This document shows, one piece after another, positions 51,455-64,000 of a stretch of 64,000 nt of DNA. The notes under the pieces were generated by a model. The model saw nothing but the letters and a program-made list of their open reading frames with translations, was not told where the DNA came from and did no database searches. Both the position numbers and the translations under genes were made by a program. This stretch comes from Gammaproteobacteria bacterium (GTDB lineage: Bacteria > Pseudomonadota > Gammaproteobacteria > UBA4575), in assembly GCA_965205685.1 (NCBI GenBank), contig OZ242174.1, positions 141,406-205,405 on the forward strand. Direction: 5' to 3'. Each line of letters starts with the position of its first letter. The first letter of the stretch is position 1.

Positions 51455-52996
51455 CTACCAGCTGCCCTTGGCCTTGAAATCCTCGACCGCGCGGGCCAGT
51501 CCCGCCTCGATCTCGTCGTCATAGGCACCACTGTGGTTGATCTGTTCCAGCAGTTCCGCATGCTGCGAGCGCATGAAGTCATGCATGGCCTTCTCGAACG
51601 GCACCACCTTGCCCACTTCGACATCATCCACGTAACCGCGGTCCACCGCGAACAGCGAGACCGCCATGTCCGCCACGGTCAGGGGCGTGTACTGGGGTTG
51701 TTTCATCAGCTCCATGACCCGTTCGCCGCGTTCGAGCTGCTTGCGGGTCTGCTCATCGAGGTCGGATGCGAACTGCGAAAACGCGGCCAGCTCGCGGTAC
51801 TGGGCTAGTGCCAGACGCACCCCGCCGCCGAGCTTCTTGATCACCGGGGTCTGGGCCGCACCGCCGACCCGCGAAACCGACAGGCCCGCATTGATGGCCG
51901 GGCGAAATCCCGAGTTGAACAGGTCGCTTTCCAGGAAGATCTGGCCATCGGTGATCGAGATGACGTTGGTGGGCACGAAGGCCGACACGTCGCCAGCCTG
52001 CGTCTCGATGATCGGCAGCGCGGTCAGAGAGCCGGTACGCCCGCTCACCTTGCCGTCGGTAAACTCTTCCACGTACGCGGCATTGACCCGCGATGCACGC
52101 TCGAGCAGTCGCGAATGCAGGTAGAACACGTCGCCCGGATAGGCTTCGCGGCCCGGCGGGCGGCGCAGCAACAGCGAGACCTGGCGATAGGCCCAGGCCT
52201 GCTTGGTCAGGTCGTCGTAAATGATCAGGGCATCCTCGCCGCGGTCGCGGAAGTACTCGCCCATGGCACAGCCGGAATAAGGTGCAATGTACTGCATGGC
52301 CGCCGACTCCGAGGCGCTGGCCGCAACGACGATGGTATGTTCCATCGCGTCGTGCTCCTCAAGCTTGCGCACCACGTTGGCGATCGAGGAGTTCTTCTGC
52401 CCGATCGCCACGTAGATACACTTGATGCCGGTGCCCTTCTGGTTGATGATGGTGTCGATGGCCAGAGCCGTCTTGCCGGTCTGGCGGTCACCGATGATCA
52501 GCTCCCGCTGGCCGCGTCCAATCGGCACCATGGAGTCGATGGACTTCAGTCCCGTCTGCACGGGCTCGCTCACCGACTGGCGCTCGATCACGCCGGGGGC
52601 GATCTTCTCGATCGGCGAAGACTGTGCACACTCTGCCGGGCCCTTGCCGTCAATACCGTTGCCAAGCGAATCCACCACCCGGCCGAGCAACTCGGGGCCG
52701 ACCGGTACTTCCAGAATTCTTCCCGTGCAGGACACCTTGTCGCCCTCGGTAATGTGCTTGTATTCGCCAAGGACCACCGCGCCCACTGAGTCGCGCTCCA
52801 GGTTCAGCGCCATGCCAAAGGTGTTCTGCGGAAACTCCAGCATCTCCCCGGCCATGACATCGGCCAGCCCGTGGATGCGCACGATGCCGTCAGTGACACC
52901 CACCACGGTGCCCTCCGTGCGGGCCTGGGCGACCACTTCAAAATTCTCGATGCGTTTTTGGATCAGTTCACTGATTTCGGTTGGGTTCAGTTGCAT
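51455..52996 (-). CDS. atpA: F0F1 ATP synthase alpha subunit
   Basis: Starts [12 protein letters not shown] and has the P-loop GDRQTGKT. The ORF-track N-terminal extension was trimmed. Confidence 0.95.
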   Translation of the reverse strand: MQLNPTEISELIQKRIENFEVVAQARTEGTVVGVTDGIVRIHGLADVMAGEMLEFPQNTFGMALNLERDSVGAVVLGEYKHITEGDKVSCTGRILEVPVGPELLGRVVDSLGNGIDGKGPAECAQSSPIEKIAPGVIERQSVSEPVQTGLKSIDSMVPIGRGQRELIIGDRQTGKTALAIDTIINQKGTGIKCIYVAIGQKNSSIANVVRKLEEHDAMEHTIVVAASASESAAMQYIAPYSGCAMGEYFRDRGEDALIIYDDLTKQAWAYRQVSLLLRRPPGREAYPGDVFYLHSRLLERASRVNAAYVEEFTDGKVSGRTGSLTALPIIETQAGDVSAFVPTNVISITDGQIFLESDLFNSGFRPAINAGLSVSRVGGAAQTPVIKKLGGGVRLALAQYRELAAFSQFASDLDEQTRKQLERGERVMELMKQPQYTPLTVADMAVSLFAVDRGYVDDVEVGKVVPFEKAMHDFMRSQHAELLEQINHSGAYDDEIEAGLARAVEDFKAKGSW

Positions 52997-53030
52997 GTTC
53001 GAATCCTCTTGTTGGCTCCGGTGCCTGTAC

Positions 53031-53567
53031 TCAGTGCGCCAGGGCCGTTGAAAGCTTGTCGAGGCGTCCGCGAACGGATCCGTCGATGACCAGGTCTCCC
53101 GCGCGGATGACGGCACCGCCGATCAGCGCCGGGTCGGTCCGCGAGACCAGCTGCACCTCTTTGCCGAGACGCTGCCTGAGGGCCTGGGTGATGTCTGCCA
53201 GCTGCGCCTCATCGACCTCGCTCGCCGAGATCACCTCGGCATTGACCGTGCCTTCGGCCTCTGCCCGGTAACGCCGGAACAGGATCTCGATATCCGGCAG
53301 CAGGCGAATGCGGTTATTCTCGGCCAGCAGGCGAATGAAATTGCGGGCGCGCTCGTTGAGCTGCTCCTCGCACACCGAAATCAACAGCTCGGCTGCCTGC
53401 TGCCTGGACAGCGCCGGGCTGTCCAGCACGGCGCGCATGGTCGGGTCGCTGGAGACCGCCACCATGAATGCCAGCATCCCGCTCCAGGGCTCCTGTTCCT
53501 GGTGGGCGCAGGCCGCATCGAAGGCGGCGCGGGCATAGGGTCTTGCGGCAGTGGTGAGGTCTGACAT
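53031..53567 (-). CDS. atpH: F0F1 ATP synthase delta subunit
   Basis: Starts [17 protein letters not shown], 178 aa. Trimmed from the longer ORF-track ORF. Confidence 0.85.
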   Translation of the reverse strand: MSDLTTAARPYARAAFDAACAHQEQEPWSGMLAFMVAVSSDPTMRAVLDSPALSRQQAAELLISVCEEQLNERARNFIRLLAENNRIRLLPDIEILFRRYRAEAEGTVNAEVISASEVDEAQLADITQALRQRLGKEVQLVSRTDPALIGGAVIRAGDLVIDGSVRGRLDKLSTALAH

Positions 53568-53592
53568 CGGTCTTGGAAATGAATTTCGTGGC

Positions 53593-54063
53593 CTAGATCT
53601 GGGTCGCCAGCTCCTCCAGCATGTCCTGGTGTGCGCCGGCATCAATCTCTTTTTTCAGGATGCGTTCGGCGCCGGCCACCGCGATCACCGAGACCCGCGT
53701 TCTGAGTTCCTCGGTGGCCCGGTGAACTTCCTTTTCCACCTCGGCGTGGGCGGCTTCCTTGATGCGGTTGCCTTCTTCTGTCGCATCGGACTTGGCGTTC
53801 TCGACGATTTCGTTGGCGCGCTTTTGCGCCTGGTTCAGGATATCGGCCGCCTGCTGCTTGGCCTCGGAGACCTTGTGCTCGGCGTCGCGCTCGGCCAGCT
53901 CCTGCTGCTTGAATCCGCGTTCCGCCTCGGCCAGGCCGTCGGCAATTTTCTTCTTGCGCTCATCAAGTGCGGTCATGATCGGCGGCCACACGTACTTCAT
54001 GCAGAACAGGACAAAGATGATAAATGCGAGGGTTTGACCGAATAATGTTAGACCTATGTTCAT
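53593..54063 (-). CDS. atpF: F0F1 ATP synthase subunit b
   Basis: 156 aa with an N-terminal TM helix and a long charged helix. Confidence 0.9.
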   Translation of the reverse strand: MNIGLTLFGQTLAFIIFVLFCMKYVWPPIMTALDERKKKIADGLAEAERGFKQQELAERDAEHKVSEAKQQAADILNQAQKRANEIVENAKSDATEEGNRIKEAAHAEVEKEVHRATEELRTRVSVIAVAGAERILKKEIDAGAHQDMLEELATQI

Positions 54064-54106
54064 GTCTGGACTCTACTGGGTGGTTGACAGGAAAATGCTG
54101 CGCGCG

Positions 54107-55653
<1,547 letters not shown>

Positions 55654-56212
55654 TGTTCCAATAGGGTCCGGGGCCGGTCTGCAGCGACTTTCGCGCTGCT
55701 TCGTGCGACAGTCCCAACGCTCGCCTTTGATGGGCCTGCAGCATGTTTTTCAAGAGGCGCGAAGTATACGGTTTGGACATCAAAATCTCAACCGCATGCA
55801 GGGTAGCTCACAGCCGCAAATCGGGGTGGTCTGCGGGGACGGATTTTTGCCTGCCGGCATATCCCGAAAGGGGATGGATAGACGTTCTAGAAACTGTAGC
55901 GCATCGAAAGGGCGGCTTTGTTTTCGCGCTTGCGAATGATGCTCGTGCCATCACGCTCCGCGGTCCTGTCCGTGTGATTCAGGCCGAGGCTCACAGACGG
56001 TGCCGATTGTTCTTGGGCCATCAAGTCAGTATTCTCTACCGGGACATGGCCCCCCTTATGGGAGGGGTGTCTTTGCCCCGGGCCGGGACAAAGACGGGTG
56101 GGCCCTGTGGGCGCGCACAGGCTAGCTGGCCGCATCGGGGCTGGGCTTGCCCGGGCTGCCTCATATCGGGACGCAGAAGCCTTACAGTCTCAAAAACAAG
56201 GGAGATGATTGT

Positions 56213-57076
56213 ATGAGGTTGATTTTAACTCCCGCGACCAGGGCGACCCTGCTGGGGCTGGTAGTCCTGCTCGGCACACCGGCCATGGCGGATGATTCGC
56301 GGCACTCAGGCTGGTACGTGAGCGCAGGCGCAGGCCTCGGCTGGATGGCAGAGATCAAGCAGGCGGGCTGGAACCGGGACATGATCTGTTATCCGAACGA
56401 TGACTGCAGCCAGAAGAGTTCCATCGGCGGCTATCAGTGGTTCTACGACCATGACGCAGACCGTGGTAACGTGTTTGAATTTGCCGTTGGCCGGGTTTGG
56501 GGCGCCTTGCGCCTGGAGCTCTCGGCAAACCGCCGCGAAAACGATCTCGGCCGGGAATTTACCGGCAGCTCCTACCTGGACGGAACACCGATCTTGCCGG
56601 ACACCACGTCCGGCTATACCAGCCAGTCCGTGGATCTGATCGATCGTTTGCGAACAGAGGGCCTGCAGTTGAATGCCTACTACGATTTCCCGCTCGCATG
56701 CGGTCGCCTCACTCCATACCTGGGGGTCGGGATTGGGGTTTCCCGCATCAAGCTCTACGGGCTGGTGTACAGAAGCGAGTACAGCTGCGATCACAGCTGC
56801 AATGCCGAGTTATCTCCGCCCGGGGCCTATAATTCCTGGAAGGACGTGGATCTTCGCGACACCGTGTTTTCCGCACACCTGCATGCCGGGGCAGACTACA
56901 GCATTACGGAGCAACTGCAGCTGGGCCTCAAGCTGACCTACAGCAAGGCCGGTGACCTGCGCGATACGAAAGGCTACATCGAGCATCCAATCCCGGACCA
57001 GGTCTTCCGTACAAAAATCAGCGGCATGGACCACTGGTCCCTGCTGCTTAACGTGAAGCACCGGTTCGGCAACTAG
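56213..57076 (+). CDS. Outer membrane beta-barrel protein (OmpA-N/Opa-like family), hypothetical
   Basis: Signal peptide (MRLILTPATRATLLGLVVLLGTPAMA), amphipathic beta-strand pattern, aromatic-rich. RBS AGGGAG. Confidence 0.5.
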   Translation: MRLILTPATRATLLGLVVLLGTPAMADDSRHSGWYVSAGAGLGWMAEIKQAGWNRDMICYPNDDCSQKSSIGGYQWFYDHDADRGNVFEFAVGRVWGALRLELSANRRENDLGREFTGSSYLDGTPILPDTTSGYTSQSVDLIDRLRTEGLQLNAYYDFPLACGRLTPYLGVGIGVSRIKLYGLVYRSEYSCDHSCNAELSPPGAYNSWKDVDLRDTVFSAHLHAGADYSITEQLQLGLKLTYSKAGDLRDTKGYIEHPIPDQVFRTKISGMDHWSLLLNVKHRFGN

Positions 57077-57141
57077 GCAACTCGAGACTGCGAGCCGCCC
57101 GACACCCTAGGATACGGGTGCCAATAAACCTCTCTTAGGAT

Positions 57142-58017
57142 TCAGTCTTGCGCTGAAATAAGCCGTTCGACGATACCGCCGAACTCATCCAGGTTGGCAT
57201 AGGAAATCGACACCTGGCCGCTGCCATTTTGACGGTGACGGATTTTCACGCGGGCATGTAGCTGCCCGGAAAGCTTTTCTTCCATGCGCTGGATGTCGGG
57301 GTCTGTGCGACCCTGGCCGCGCGGGGGTTGTACGGTGCCCGAGCCCATCCGCTTGACCAGTCTCTCGGTCGCGCGAACTGACAGGCTTTGGCGCACCACG
57401 GCATGGGCGGCCTCGAGCTGTCCGGCTTCGTCCAGGGCCAGCAGGGCGCGTGCATGGCCCATCTCGATGCGCCCCTGATCCAGCAGGTCCTTTACCGCCG
57501 CCGGCAGGGTCAGCAGGCGCAGGCTGTTGCTGACGGCCGTGCGCGAGCGGCCTGTGGCATCTGCCACCTGCTGGTGGGTCAGGTCGAAATGCTCGACCAG
57601 GGTGGAAAATGCCCGCGCTTCCTCAAGCGGGTTCAGGTCCTCGCGCTGCAGGTTCTCGACCAGGGCCATGGCGGCCGCTTCCGAGTCGCTTGCCTCGCGC
57701 ACGATGGCCGGTATCTCCTGCAGGCCGGCTTGCTGGGCGGCCCGCCAGCGGCGTTCCCCGGCAATCAGCTGGTACTCCCCTCCGACCTCGCGCACCACGA
57801 CGGGCTGCATCACGCCCTGTTGGCGGATCGATTCCGCCAAGGCTTGCAGCGCTTCGGGCTGCATCGACTGGCGTGGCTGGTACGGACTGCGTTGGACCCG
57901 CTCGATCGGCAACTGCCGCAGGGCCGCACCGCGCGCATCTTCTTTCGTGCCCGGGCCAGGGGTACTCAGTAATACATCGACCCCCAGTGTGCCCAGCCCT
58001 CGTTTCTTCTTTGTCAT
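57142..58017 (-). CDS. parB: Chromosome partitioning protein ParB (Spo0J)
   Basis: ParB box GERRWRAAQQAGL and an HTH. Downstream of parA. Confidence 0.9.
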   Translation of the reverse strand: MTKKKRGLGTLGVDVLLSTPGPGTKEDARGAALRQLPIERVQRSPYQPRQSMQPEALQALAESIRQQGVMQPVVVREVGGEYQLIAGERRWRAAQQAGLQEIPAIVREASDSEAAAMALVENLQREDLNPLEEARAFSTLVEHFDLTHQQVADATGRSRTAVSNSLRLLTLPAAVKDLLDQGRIEMGHARALLALDEAGQLEAAHAVVRQSLSVRATERLVKRMGSGTVQPPRGQGRTDPDIQRMEEKLSGQLHARVKIRHRQNGSGQVSISYANLDEFGGIVERLISAQD

Positions 58018-58832
58018 GACTCCGGTGTGTGTTGCTGCATCTCCGGCGAGCCAGGCGCCGTTGTTTCGGGCCCCTCCACGCGCGCCAGCATCTCGTTGGC
58101 CAGGTTCAGGTAGGCCTGCGCGCCGCGCGAGTATGCATCATACAACAACACCGGCAGGCCGTGGCTAGGGGCCTCGGCCAGTGTCACGTTGCGGGGGATG
58201 ATGGTGCGAAAGACCTCTTCGCCGAAGTGCGAGGCCAGCTGGCTGGAAACATCGTGGGCCAGGTTGTTGCGCGAGTCGTACATGGTGCGCAGCAAGCCCT
58301 CGATCCCAAGCGCCGGGTTGGCGGTACGGCGCACCCGGTCGATGGTTTGCATCAGGGCCGACAGTCCCTCGAGCGCATAGTATTCGCACTGCGTCGGAAT
58401 GATGACGCTGTCCGCCGCCACCAGGCCGTTGAGCGTGAGCATGTTGAGCGAGGGCGGGCAGTCGAGGAAGACGTAGTCGTAGCGCTCGTGCAGCGACTGC
58501 AGGGCCTCGCGCAGCCTGAACTCGCGGCCCTGGAGTTCCAGCAGGCGCACTTCGGCCGTGGTCAGCTGCTCGTTGCCGGGCATCAGGTCGTAGCCGCCCT
58601 TGCATCCGGGAACGACGCATTCTGTGGCCAGCGCATCCTTCATCAGGGCCTGTGCCGTGGTGTTCTCCACCTCCCGCTTGTCGACCCCGGAGCCCGTGGT
58701 GGCATTGCCTTGCGGGTCCAGGTCAATGAGCAGCACTCGGCGGGGAACGTTCGCCATGGCGGCAGCCAGATTCACCGAGGTGGTGGTCTTGCCCACGCCG
58801 CCCTTCTGGTTGGTGATGGAGACTGTCCTCAT
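58014..58832 (-). CDS. parA: Chromosome partitioning ATPase ParA (Soj)
   Basis: Deviant Walker A KGGVGKTT. 272 aa. Confidence 0.9.
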   Translation of the reverse strand: MRTVSITNQKGGVGKTTTSVNLAAAMANVPRRVLLIDLDPQGNATTGSGVDKREVENTTAQALMKDALATECVVPGCKGGYDLMPGNEQLTTAEVRLLELQGREFRLREALQSLHERYDYVFLDCPPSLNMLTLNGLVAADSVIIPTQCEYYALEGLSALMQTIDRVRRTANPALGIEGLLRTMYDSRNNLAHDVSSQLASHFGEEVFRTIIPRNVTLAEAPSHGLPVLLYDAYSRGAQAYLNLANEMLARVEGPETTAPGSPEMQQHTPES

Positions 58833-59485
58833 GAACCCTTTTCAAGCGCGGCGATTTGTCGGCCGGTGCCCGCGCCCGGAACACCCGCCGGATACACGCC
58901 CCGCAGGCAATACCCGCTGGGCAACTCTGGCAGGGCGGCGCCCTGGCCCAGCATGAGCAGCACCCGGCCACGCTCCAGCAGGGGGTCCACCCAGGCCAGC
59001 AGCGTATCTGCAGGTGCCAGCGCACGGCTCACCACCGTGTCAAAGCCCTGTGGCGGTACGTACGCTTCCACCCGTTGCCGGTGCACCCTGGCATTTTGCA
59101 GGCCGATCTCGATGATGCACTGCTGGATGAACCGGGTTTTCTTGGCATTGGCGTCGAGCAGCAAAAATTCCCGGTCCGGGCAGGCAATCGCCAGCGGGAT
59201 GCCGGGCAGCCCGGCGCCGCTGCCGACATCGATCACGCGGCGACCGGCCAGGTGCGGCAGCAGGCTCAGGCTGTCGAACACATGGCGGTGGAGCAGCGTG
59301 TCGGTGTCTGCCACAGCCGTGAGGTTGTACGCCGTGTTCCATTTTTGCAGCAACTGCATGAATTGCAGCAGCGCCTGCCGGCAGTCGGTGTCTGCCGGGA
59401 TCTGCATCTGTCGCAGCCCGGCCTCAAGCTGCGGCCCGTCCTGCGGGGGCGAAAGGGGGGTCGAGGGTACGGCCAAAGAACTCAC
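58829..59485 (-). CDS. rsmG: 16S rRNA (guanine527-N7)-methyltransferase
   Basis: 218 aa with the SAM motif [16 protein letters not shown]. Located between mnmG and parA. Confidence 0.9.
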   Translation of the reverse strand: MSSLAVPSTPLSPPQDGPQLEAGLRQMQIPADTDCRQALLQFMQLLQKWNTAYNLTAVADTDTLLHRHVFDSLSLLPHLAGRRVIDVGSGAGLPGIPLAIACPDREFLLLDANAKKTRFIQQCIIEIGLQNARVHRQRVEAYVPPQGFDTVVSRALAPADTLLAWVDPLLERGRVLLMLGQGAALPELPSGYCLRGVYPAGVPGAGTGRQIAALEKGS

Positions 59486-61374
59486 GCGCTCTGCTTCAAC
59501 TGCTCACGCGTTCTCAGGTGCACTAGCAACAGCGACAGTGCCGAGGAGGTCATGCCCGGGATCCTGGCGGCCTGCCCCAGGGTGCGTGGGCGAATCTCGG
59601 CCAGCTTCTGGCAGGCCTCGTTGGACAGCCCGGTGATGGCGGCATATTCCAAGTCCTCCGGCAAGCGGACATGTTCTTGCTGGGAGAGGTGTCGGGCCTG
59701 GGCGTCCTGGCGTTCGATGTAGCCGGCGTAGCGGGCCTGGATCTCGATCTGCTCGGCGACGTCCGGGGCGATGTCCGCGCATTCCCCAGGGACCAGCCGG
59801 CGCAGTTGTTCGAGGCTCGTGTGCGGTCTTCGCAACAGGTCATACAGGCTGTATTCGTGCCTGAGTTCACCGCCCAGTAGCTTGCGCGCCTGTGCGGGCG
59901 ACACGTCCTGCGGGCGCAAACGGGCGGCCTGCAGGTGCCGGGTCTCGCGCTCGATGGCCTCGCGCTTTTGTACAAATGCCTGCCAGCGCGCCTCGGGCAG
60001 GCAGCCGAGCCGGTAGGCGGTTTCGCTGAGCCGCAGGTCGGCATTGTCCTGGCGCAACAGCAGGCGGAATTCGGCGCGGCTGGTAAACATGCGGTACGGC
60101 TCCAGAGTGCCGCGCGTGACCAGGTCATCCACCATGACCCCGAGGTAAGCCTCATCGCGGCGCACGACCCAGGCCTCCTTTTCCTGCACACGGCGCGCAG
60201 CGTTGATGCCTGCCAGCAGCCCCTGGGCGGCCGCCTCCTCGTAGCCCGTGGTGCCGTTGATCTGGCCGGCAAAATACAGCCCCTGCACGGCCCGGGTCTC
60301 GAGGCTGGGACGCAGGTCGCGCGGATCAAAAAAGTCGTATTCGATGGCGTAGCCGGGGCGCGTGATGTGCACGTTCTCGAAGCCCTTGATCGAGCGCACG
60401 AAGTCGCACTGGGTCTCATAGGGCAGGCTGGTCGACAGCCCGTTCGGGTACACCTCGTGGGTGCGCAGGCCTTCCGGTTCGACGAATACCTGGTGTTGGG
60501 TGCGGTCTGCAAAGCGGGTGACCTTGTCCTCGATGGAAGGGCAATACCGCGGGCCGACGCTCTCGATGCCGCCGTTGTACATGGGGGAGCGGTGCAGGTC
60601 CTTGCGGATCAGGGCATGCGTGGTCTCGTTGGTGTAGGTGATGTGACAGCTGACCTGCTCGGGGTGCAGTTCGCGGCTGCCCGCAAACGAGAACACCGGG
60701 GTCGGCACATCGCCGGGCTGGCGTTCCATGACGCTGAAATCGATCGTGCGCCCGTCCAGGCGCGGCGGGGTGCCGGTTTTCAGGCGCCCGACCCGAAACG
60801 GCAACTCGCGCAGGCGCTGTGCGAGGGTCAGGGCTGGCGGGTCGCCGGCGCGCCCGGCGCCGTACTGGATGTCGCCGACATGGATCTTGCCGCCCAGAAA
60901 CGTGCCGGTGGTCAGCACCACGGACGGTGCTTCGAACCGCAGGCCGGACTGGGTGACAACCCCGCGCACGGCATCCTGCTCGACCACCAGGTCATCGACC
61001 GCGGCCTGGAAGAGATGCAGGCCTTCCTGGTTCTCCAGCAGCTCGCGGATGGCGGCCTTGTACAGGGCCCGATCCGCCTGCGCCCGGGTGGCGCGAACCG
61101 CCGGGCCCTTGCGCGAGTTCAGGATGCGGAACTGGATCCCGGCACGGTCGGCCGCCAGCGCCATGGCCCCGCCCATGGCGTCGATTTCCCGGACCAGGTG
61201 GCTCTTGCCGATCCCGCCGATGGCCGGGTTGCAGCTCATCTGCCCGAGGGTCTCGAGGCTGTGGGTCACCAGCAGCGTGCGACATCCCATGCGCGCAGCC
61301 GCGAGCGCCGCCTCGGTTCCGGCGTGTCCGCCACCGATGACGATGACCTCGTAGTGCTGCGTGGATGTGTTCAT
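59482..61374 (-). CDS. mnmG: tRNA uridine 5-carboxymethylaminomethyl modification enzyme MnmG (GidA)
   Basis: Starts [22 protein letters not shown], 630 aa. Trimmed from the longer ORF-track ORF. Confidence 0.95.
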   Translation of the reverse strand: MNTSTQHYEVIVIGGGHAGTEAALAAARMGCRTLLVTHSLETLGQMSCNPAIGGIGKSHLVREIDAMGGAMALAADRAGIQFRILNSRKGPAVRATRAQADRALYKAAIRELLENQEGLHLFQAAVDDLVVEQDAVRGVVTQSGLRFEAPSVVLTTGTFLGGKIHVGDIQYGAGRAGDPPALTLAQRLRELPFRVGRLKTGTPPRLDGRTIDFSVMERQPGDVPTPVFSFAGSRELHPEQVSCHITYTNETTHALIRKDLHRSPMYNGGIESVGPRYCPSIEDKVTRFADRTQHQVFVEPEGLRTHEVYPNGLSTSLPYETQCDFVRSIKGFENVHITRPGYAIEYDFFDPRDLRPSLETRAVQGLYFAGQINGTTGYEEAAAQGLLAGINAARRVQEKEAWVVRRDEAYLGVMVDDLVTRGTLEPYRMFTSRAEFRLLLRQDNADLRLSETAYRLGCLPEARWQAFVQKREAIERETRHLQAARLRPQDVSPAQARKLLGGELRHEYSLYDLLRRPHTSLEQLRRLVPGECADIAPDVAEQIEIQARYAGYIERQDAQARHLSQQEHVRLPEDLEYAAITGLSNEACQKLAEIRPRTLGQAARIPGMTSSALSLLLVHLRTREQLKQSA

Positions 61375-61475
61375 GTTCGAAAGTCCATGTGCGTGTGGCA
61401 TGCCCGGGGCCGGCCTTCGTGCGTACCCCGTCTGCAAATCCCGCCCATTGTACTGAACCCGGTGTGCGGACTCGA

Positions 61476-62813
61476 CTACTTTCCGATGCAGAACTCGCTG
61501 AAGATGCGGCCCAGCAGGTCTTCGGAACCGAATTCGCCGGTAATTTCGCCAAGTGCCTGCTGGGCCAAGCGCAGGTCCTCACCGGCAAGCTCCAGTCCGC
61601 GGGCCTCGCGAAGCCCCCGCACGGCGGCCTGGACATGGTCCCGGGTGCGCTGCAGGGCGAGCCGGTGGCGCCTGCGTGCCAGAAACGGCGTGCTCGCCTG
61701 CTCGCTTCCCAGCAGCCGGGCGCGGATCAGCTCGATCAGCGCCGGCAGGCCCGAAGCGGTCTTCACCGACAGGTAGACTTCATCCTCAAGGGCCTCGGGC
61801 ACTTGGTCGGTCAGATCGATCTTGTTGTGCGCCCGGATGCAGCGGGCACCATCCACTTCCTCGGGCAGCACCTGCCCGGGTTGCGTGACATCGTCCATCC
61901 ACACCACCAGGTCCGCCTGCGCCAGCGTACGGCGGGTGCGCGCGATGCCCTCGCGCTCGATGGCGTCCTCGGTCTCGCGCACACCGGCGGTATCCACCAC
62001 GTGGACCGGCATGCCCGCGATTTCAATGTCCGTGGCCACGGGATCACGGGTGGTCCCGGGTGCGGCGGTCACAATGGCGATGTCGCTTTGTGCCAGCGCG
62101 TTGATCAGGCTGGACTTGCCGACATTGGGTGGGCCTGCGATGGCGAGCGTGGCCCCGGCGTGCAGGCGCTCTCCCACCTGGGCCTGCTTGAGAAGGGTTG
62201 CGATATCCGTGCCGAGCTGTTCCAGCTGTTCGCAAAAATGCTGCGCTTGCTGCACATCGAGGTCCTCGTCGGGGAAGTCCAGATATGCCTCGATGCCCGT
62301 GCGCACGGCCACCAGTTGCTCCAGCACGTCCTGTACGCGCGCGGAGAAAAGCCCCTGCAGGGAGCGGTTGGCCAGGCGCACGCACTGCTCGGTGGAGCTT
62401 GAGATCAAATCGGCGATGGCCTCGGCCTGGGCCAGGTCGATCTTGCGGTTCATGAAGGCCCGCAGGCTGAATTCGCCGGGCTCTGCCAGCCGTGCGCCGT
62501 GCGCGCACAGGGTGTCCAGCAAAAGGTCGCACACCACCGGGCTGCCGTGGGTGTGGAATTCGACCAGTTCCTCGCCTGAAAACGAGGCCGGCGCCTGGAA
62601 ATAGAGCGCGATGCCCTGGTCGATGCGTTCCCCGCGGGCATCGTAGAAGCCGGTCAAAATAGCCTGGCGCGCGGCCAGCTTGCGATGCGTCACCTGCTCG
62701 GCAATGGTGTGCGCATCCGGCCCGGACAGCCGGATCACGGCCAGGGCGCCGCGCCCGGGCGCGGTGGCCACTGCACAGATGGAGTCGACGGAGGATGGGA
62801 TGACGTTGGGCAA
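61476..62813 (-). CDS. mnmE: tRNA modification GTPase MnmE (TrmE)
   Basis: 445 aa with G-domain motifs ([14 protein letters not shown]) and the C-terminal CIGK. Confidence 0.9.
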   Translation of the reverse strand: MPNVIPSSVDSICAVATAPGRGALAVIRLSGPDAHTIAEQVTHRKLAARQAILTGFYDARGERIDQGIALYFQAPASFSGEELVEFHTHGSPVVCDLLLDTLCAHGARLAEPGEFSLRAFMNRKIDLAQAEAIADLISSSTEQCVRLANRSLQGLFSARVQDVLEQLVAVRTGIEAYLDFPDEDLDVQQAQHFCEQLEQLGTDIATLLKQAQVGERLHAGATLAIAGPPNVGKSSLINALAQSDIAIVTAAPGTTRDPVATDIEIAGMPVHVVDTAGVRETEDAIEREGIARTRRTLAQADLVVWMDDVTQPGQVLPEEVDGARCIRAHNKIDLTDQVPEALEDEVYLSVKTASGLPALIELIRARLLGSEQASTPFLARRRHRLALQRTRDHVQAAVRGLREARGLELAGEDLRLAQQALGEITGEFGSEDLLGRIFSEFCIGK

Positions 62814-62843
62814 GGCCGGCGCCCTATCGCGTGGCGTTCGCGC

Positions 62844-64000
62844 CTAGTAATCCGCGTTTTCAATACGCTTGGTAATCACGTATTGCTGGGCAATGGACAG
62901 GAGGTTGTTGACCAGCCAGTACAGCACGAGGCCGGCCGGGAAAAACGCCATGAAGGCCGTCATCATGATCGGCATCATGGCAAAAATCTTGGCTTGCATG
63001 GGGTCCGGGGGCGCCGGGTTGAGCTTGAACTGGATGTACATGGTGATGCCCATCAAAAGCGGCAGCACGAAAATCGGGTCGCGCAGCGAGAGGTCGTGAA
63101 TCCACAGCATGAACGGCGCCTGGCGCAACTCGACGCTTTCGACCAGCACCCAGTACAGGGCCAGGAACACGGGAATCTGCACCAGGATCGGCAGGCAGCC
63201 GCCGAGCGGGTTGATCTTTTCCTTCTTGTACATTTCCATCAGCGCCTGATTCAGCTTCTGCTTGTCGTCCGCATAGCGCTCGCGCATCGCCTGGAACCGG
63301 GGCTGGATCTTGCGCATGCGGGCCATCGACTTGTAACTGGCTTCCGAGAGCTTGAAGAACACCAGCTTGACCGCGATCGTCACCAGGATGATGGCCATGC
63401 CCCAGTTGCCGACCAGCTTATGGAACCACTCCAGCAACCAGAACAGCGGCTTGGAAAGAATCGAGAACATGCCGTAGTCCACGCTCAGGTCGAGTCCCGG
63501 TGCAATCTCCTCCATGCTGCGCTGCAGCTTGGGCCCGGCATACAGGCGTCGCTTGAACTCGCCCTGTGTGCCGGGCGGGACCGTTTGCGAGGCGGACAGC
63601 ATGCCGATCAGGTATTGCGGCCCGTTCGCGCCCTGCACGCGCTTGCTGTAGAACCGGTTCGCCTGTTCGGGCTCTGCGACCCAGGCCGAAACGAAATAGT
63701 GCTGCAGCATCGCCGTCCAGCCACCGTTTACCTGCATGTTGAAGGGCTCGTCTTCGATGTCGTCGAAGGAGTGCTTGTGATACGCGCCGTCGTAGTAGGC
63801 CGCCCCGGTGTAGGTCGGCAGGCGCAGCCAGCTGCGATCCTCGGGGATGGCGCTGTGGCGCAACTGCTGGTACTGGCGACCGGTCCAGAGGGCCGGGCCC
63901 GGGTTGAGCACGCGGTGGCTGACATCGATCACGAAGTCGCCGCGATAAAAGGTGAAGATCTTCTCCACCCGAAGGCCGCCGTCACCCTGCCAGACAAGCC
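62844..64000 (-). CDS. yidC: Membrane protein insertase YidC, partial; N-terminus lies beyond the window end
   Basis: C-terminal 60-kDa insertase core (LSKPLFWLLEWFH..., GGCLPILVQIPVFLALYWVL...). The ORF continues past 64000. Confidence 0.85.
   Translation of the reverse strand, partial: LVWQGDGGLRVEKIFTFYRGDFVIDVSHRVLNPGPALWTGRQYQQLRHSAIPEDRSWLRLPTYTGAAYYDGAYHKHSFDDIEDEPFNMQVNGGWTAMLQHYFVSAWVAEPEQANRFYSKRVQGANGPQYLIGMLSASQTVPPGTQGEFKRRLYAGPKLQRSMEEIAPGLDLSVDYGMFSILSKPLFWLLEWFHKLVGNWGMAIILVTIAVKLVFFKLSEASYKSMARMRKIQPRFQAMRERYADDKQKLNQALMEMYKKEKINPLGGCLPILVQIPVFLALYWVLVESVELRQAPFMLWIHDLSLRDPIFVLPLLMGITMYIQFKLNPAPPDPMQAKIFAMMPIMMTAFMAFFPAGLVLYWLVNNLLSIAQQYVITKRIENADY

Noticed and set aside
58029-59636. 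535-aa plus-strand ORF
   Set aside because: Antisense to parA/rsmG, which are clearly the real genes. Its composition is biased (Arg/Ala/Pro-rich), typical of GC-driven artefacts.
59935-61776. 613-aa plus-strand ORF
   Set aside because: Antisense to mnmG. No recognisable domain. GC artefact.

Overview
High-GC (about 62%) chromosomal segment, most likely from a gammaproteobacterium, covering the conserved origin-proximal region. The identifiable core genes run in order: ctpA (partial), envC, an ArsR regulator with a rhodanese, grxC, secB, gpsA, a class-1 DHOD-like gene, znuA, ntrC-ntrB-glnA (with a sigma-54 promoter and NtrC enhancer sites upstream of glnA), glyQ-glyS-gmhB, an aldo/keto reductase, a FIST-domain protein, a SulP permease, trmB-thiG-thiS with a divergent thiO-like gene, and tRNA-Thr(CGU). 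An AT-rich island of about 6.2 kb follows the tRNA. It then continues with a frameshifted copA, sodC, a sterol-desaturase-family gene, and a ten-gene co-directional operon of uncharacterised envelope proteins. After that come oxyR, a low-GC SMR efflux gene, glmS, glmU, the complete atpCDGAHFEBI operon, an outer membrane beta-barrel protein, parB-parA, rsmG, mnmG, mnmE and the 3' part of yidC.

Two loci stand out.

(1) The island downstream of tRNA-Thr encodes a DUF4238 protein, a beta-class N4/N6 DNA methyltransferase with an N-terminal extension, an SF2 (ResIII-type) helicase, a possible nuclease-like ORF and a GHKL (HATPase_c_3-like) ATPase. It looks like a restriction-modification-like defence locus of a type I do not recognise.

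(2) The 10-kb operon at 33.7-43.8 kb encodes a MotA/ExbB-like channel, two paralogous proteins with an ExbD/TolR-like N-terminal transmembrane helix fused to a coiled coil and a vWA domain, an FHA-like cytoplasmic protein, a PEGA-repeat protein with an FGE-sulfatase domain, a TM-TPR protein and lipoproteins. It looks like a candidate PMF-coupled envelope machine that I cannot match to a described system.

Two genes carry apparent single-base frameshifts: copA, and the PEGA/FGE-domain gene. Many long antisense ORFs in the ORF track are GC artefacts and were rejected.
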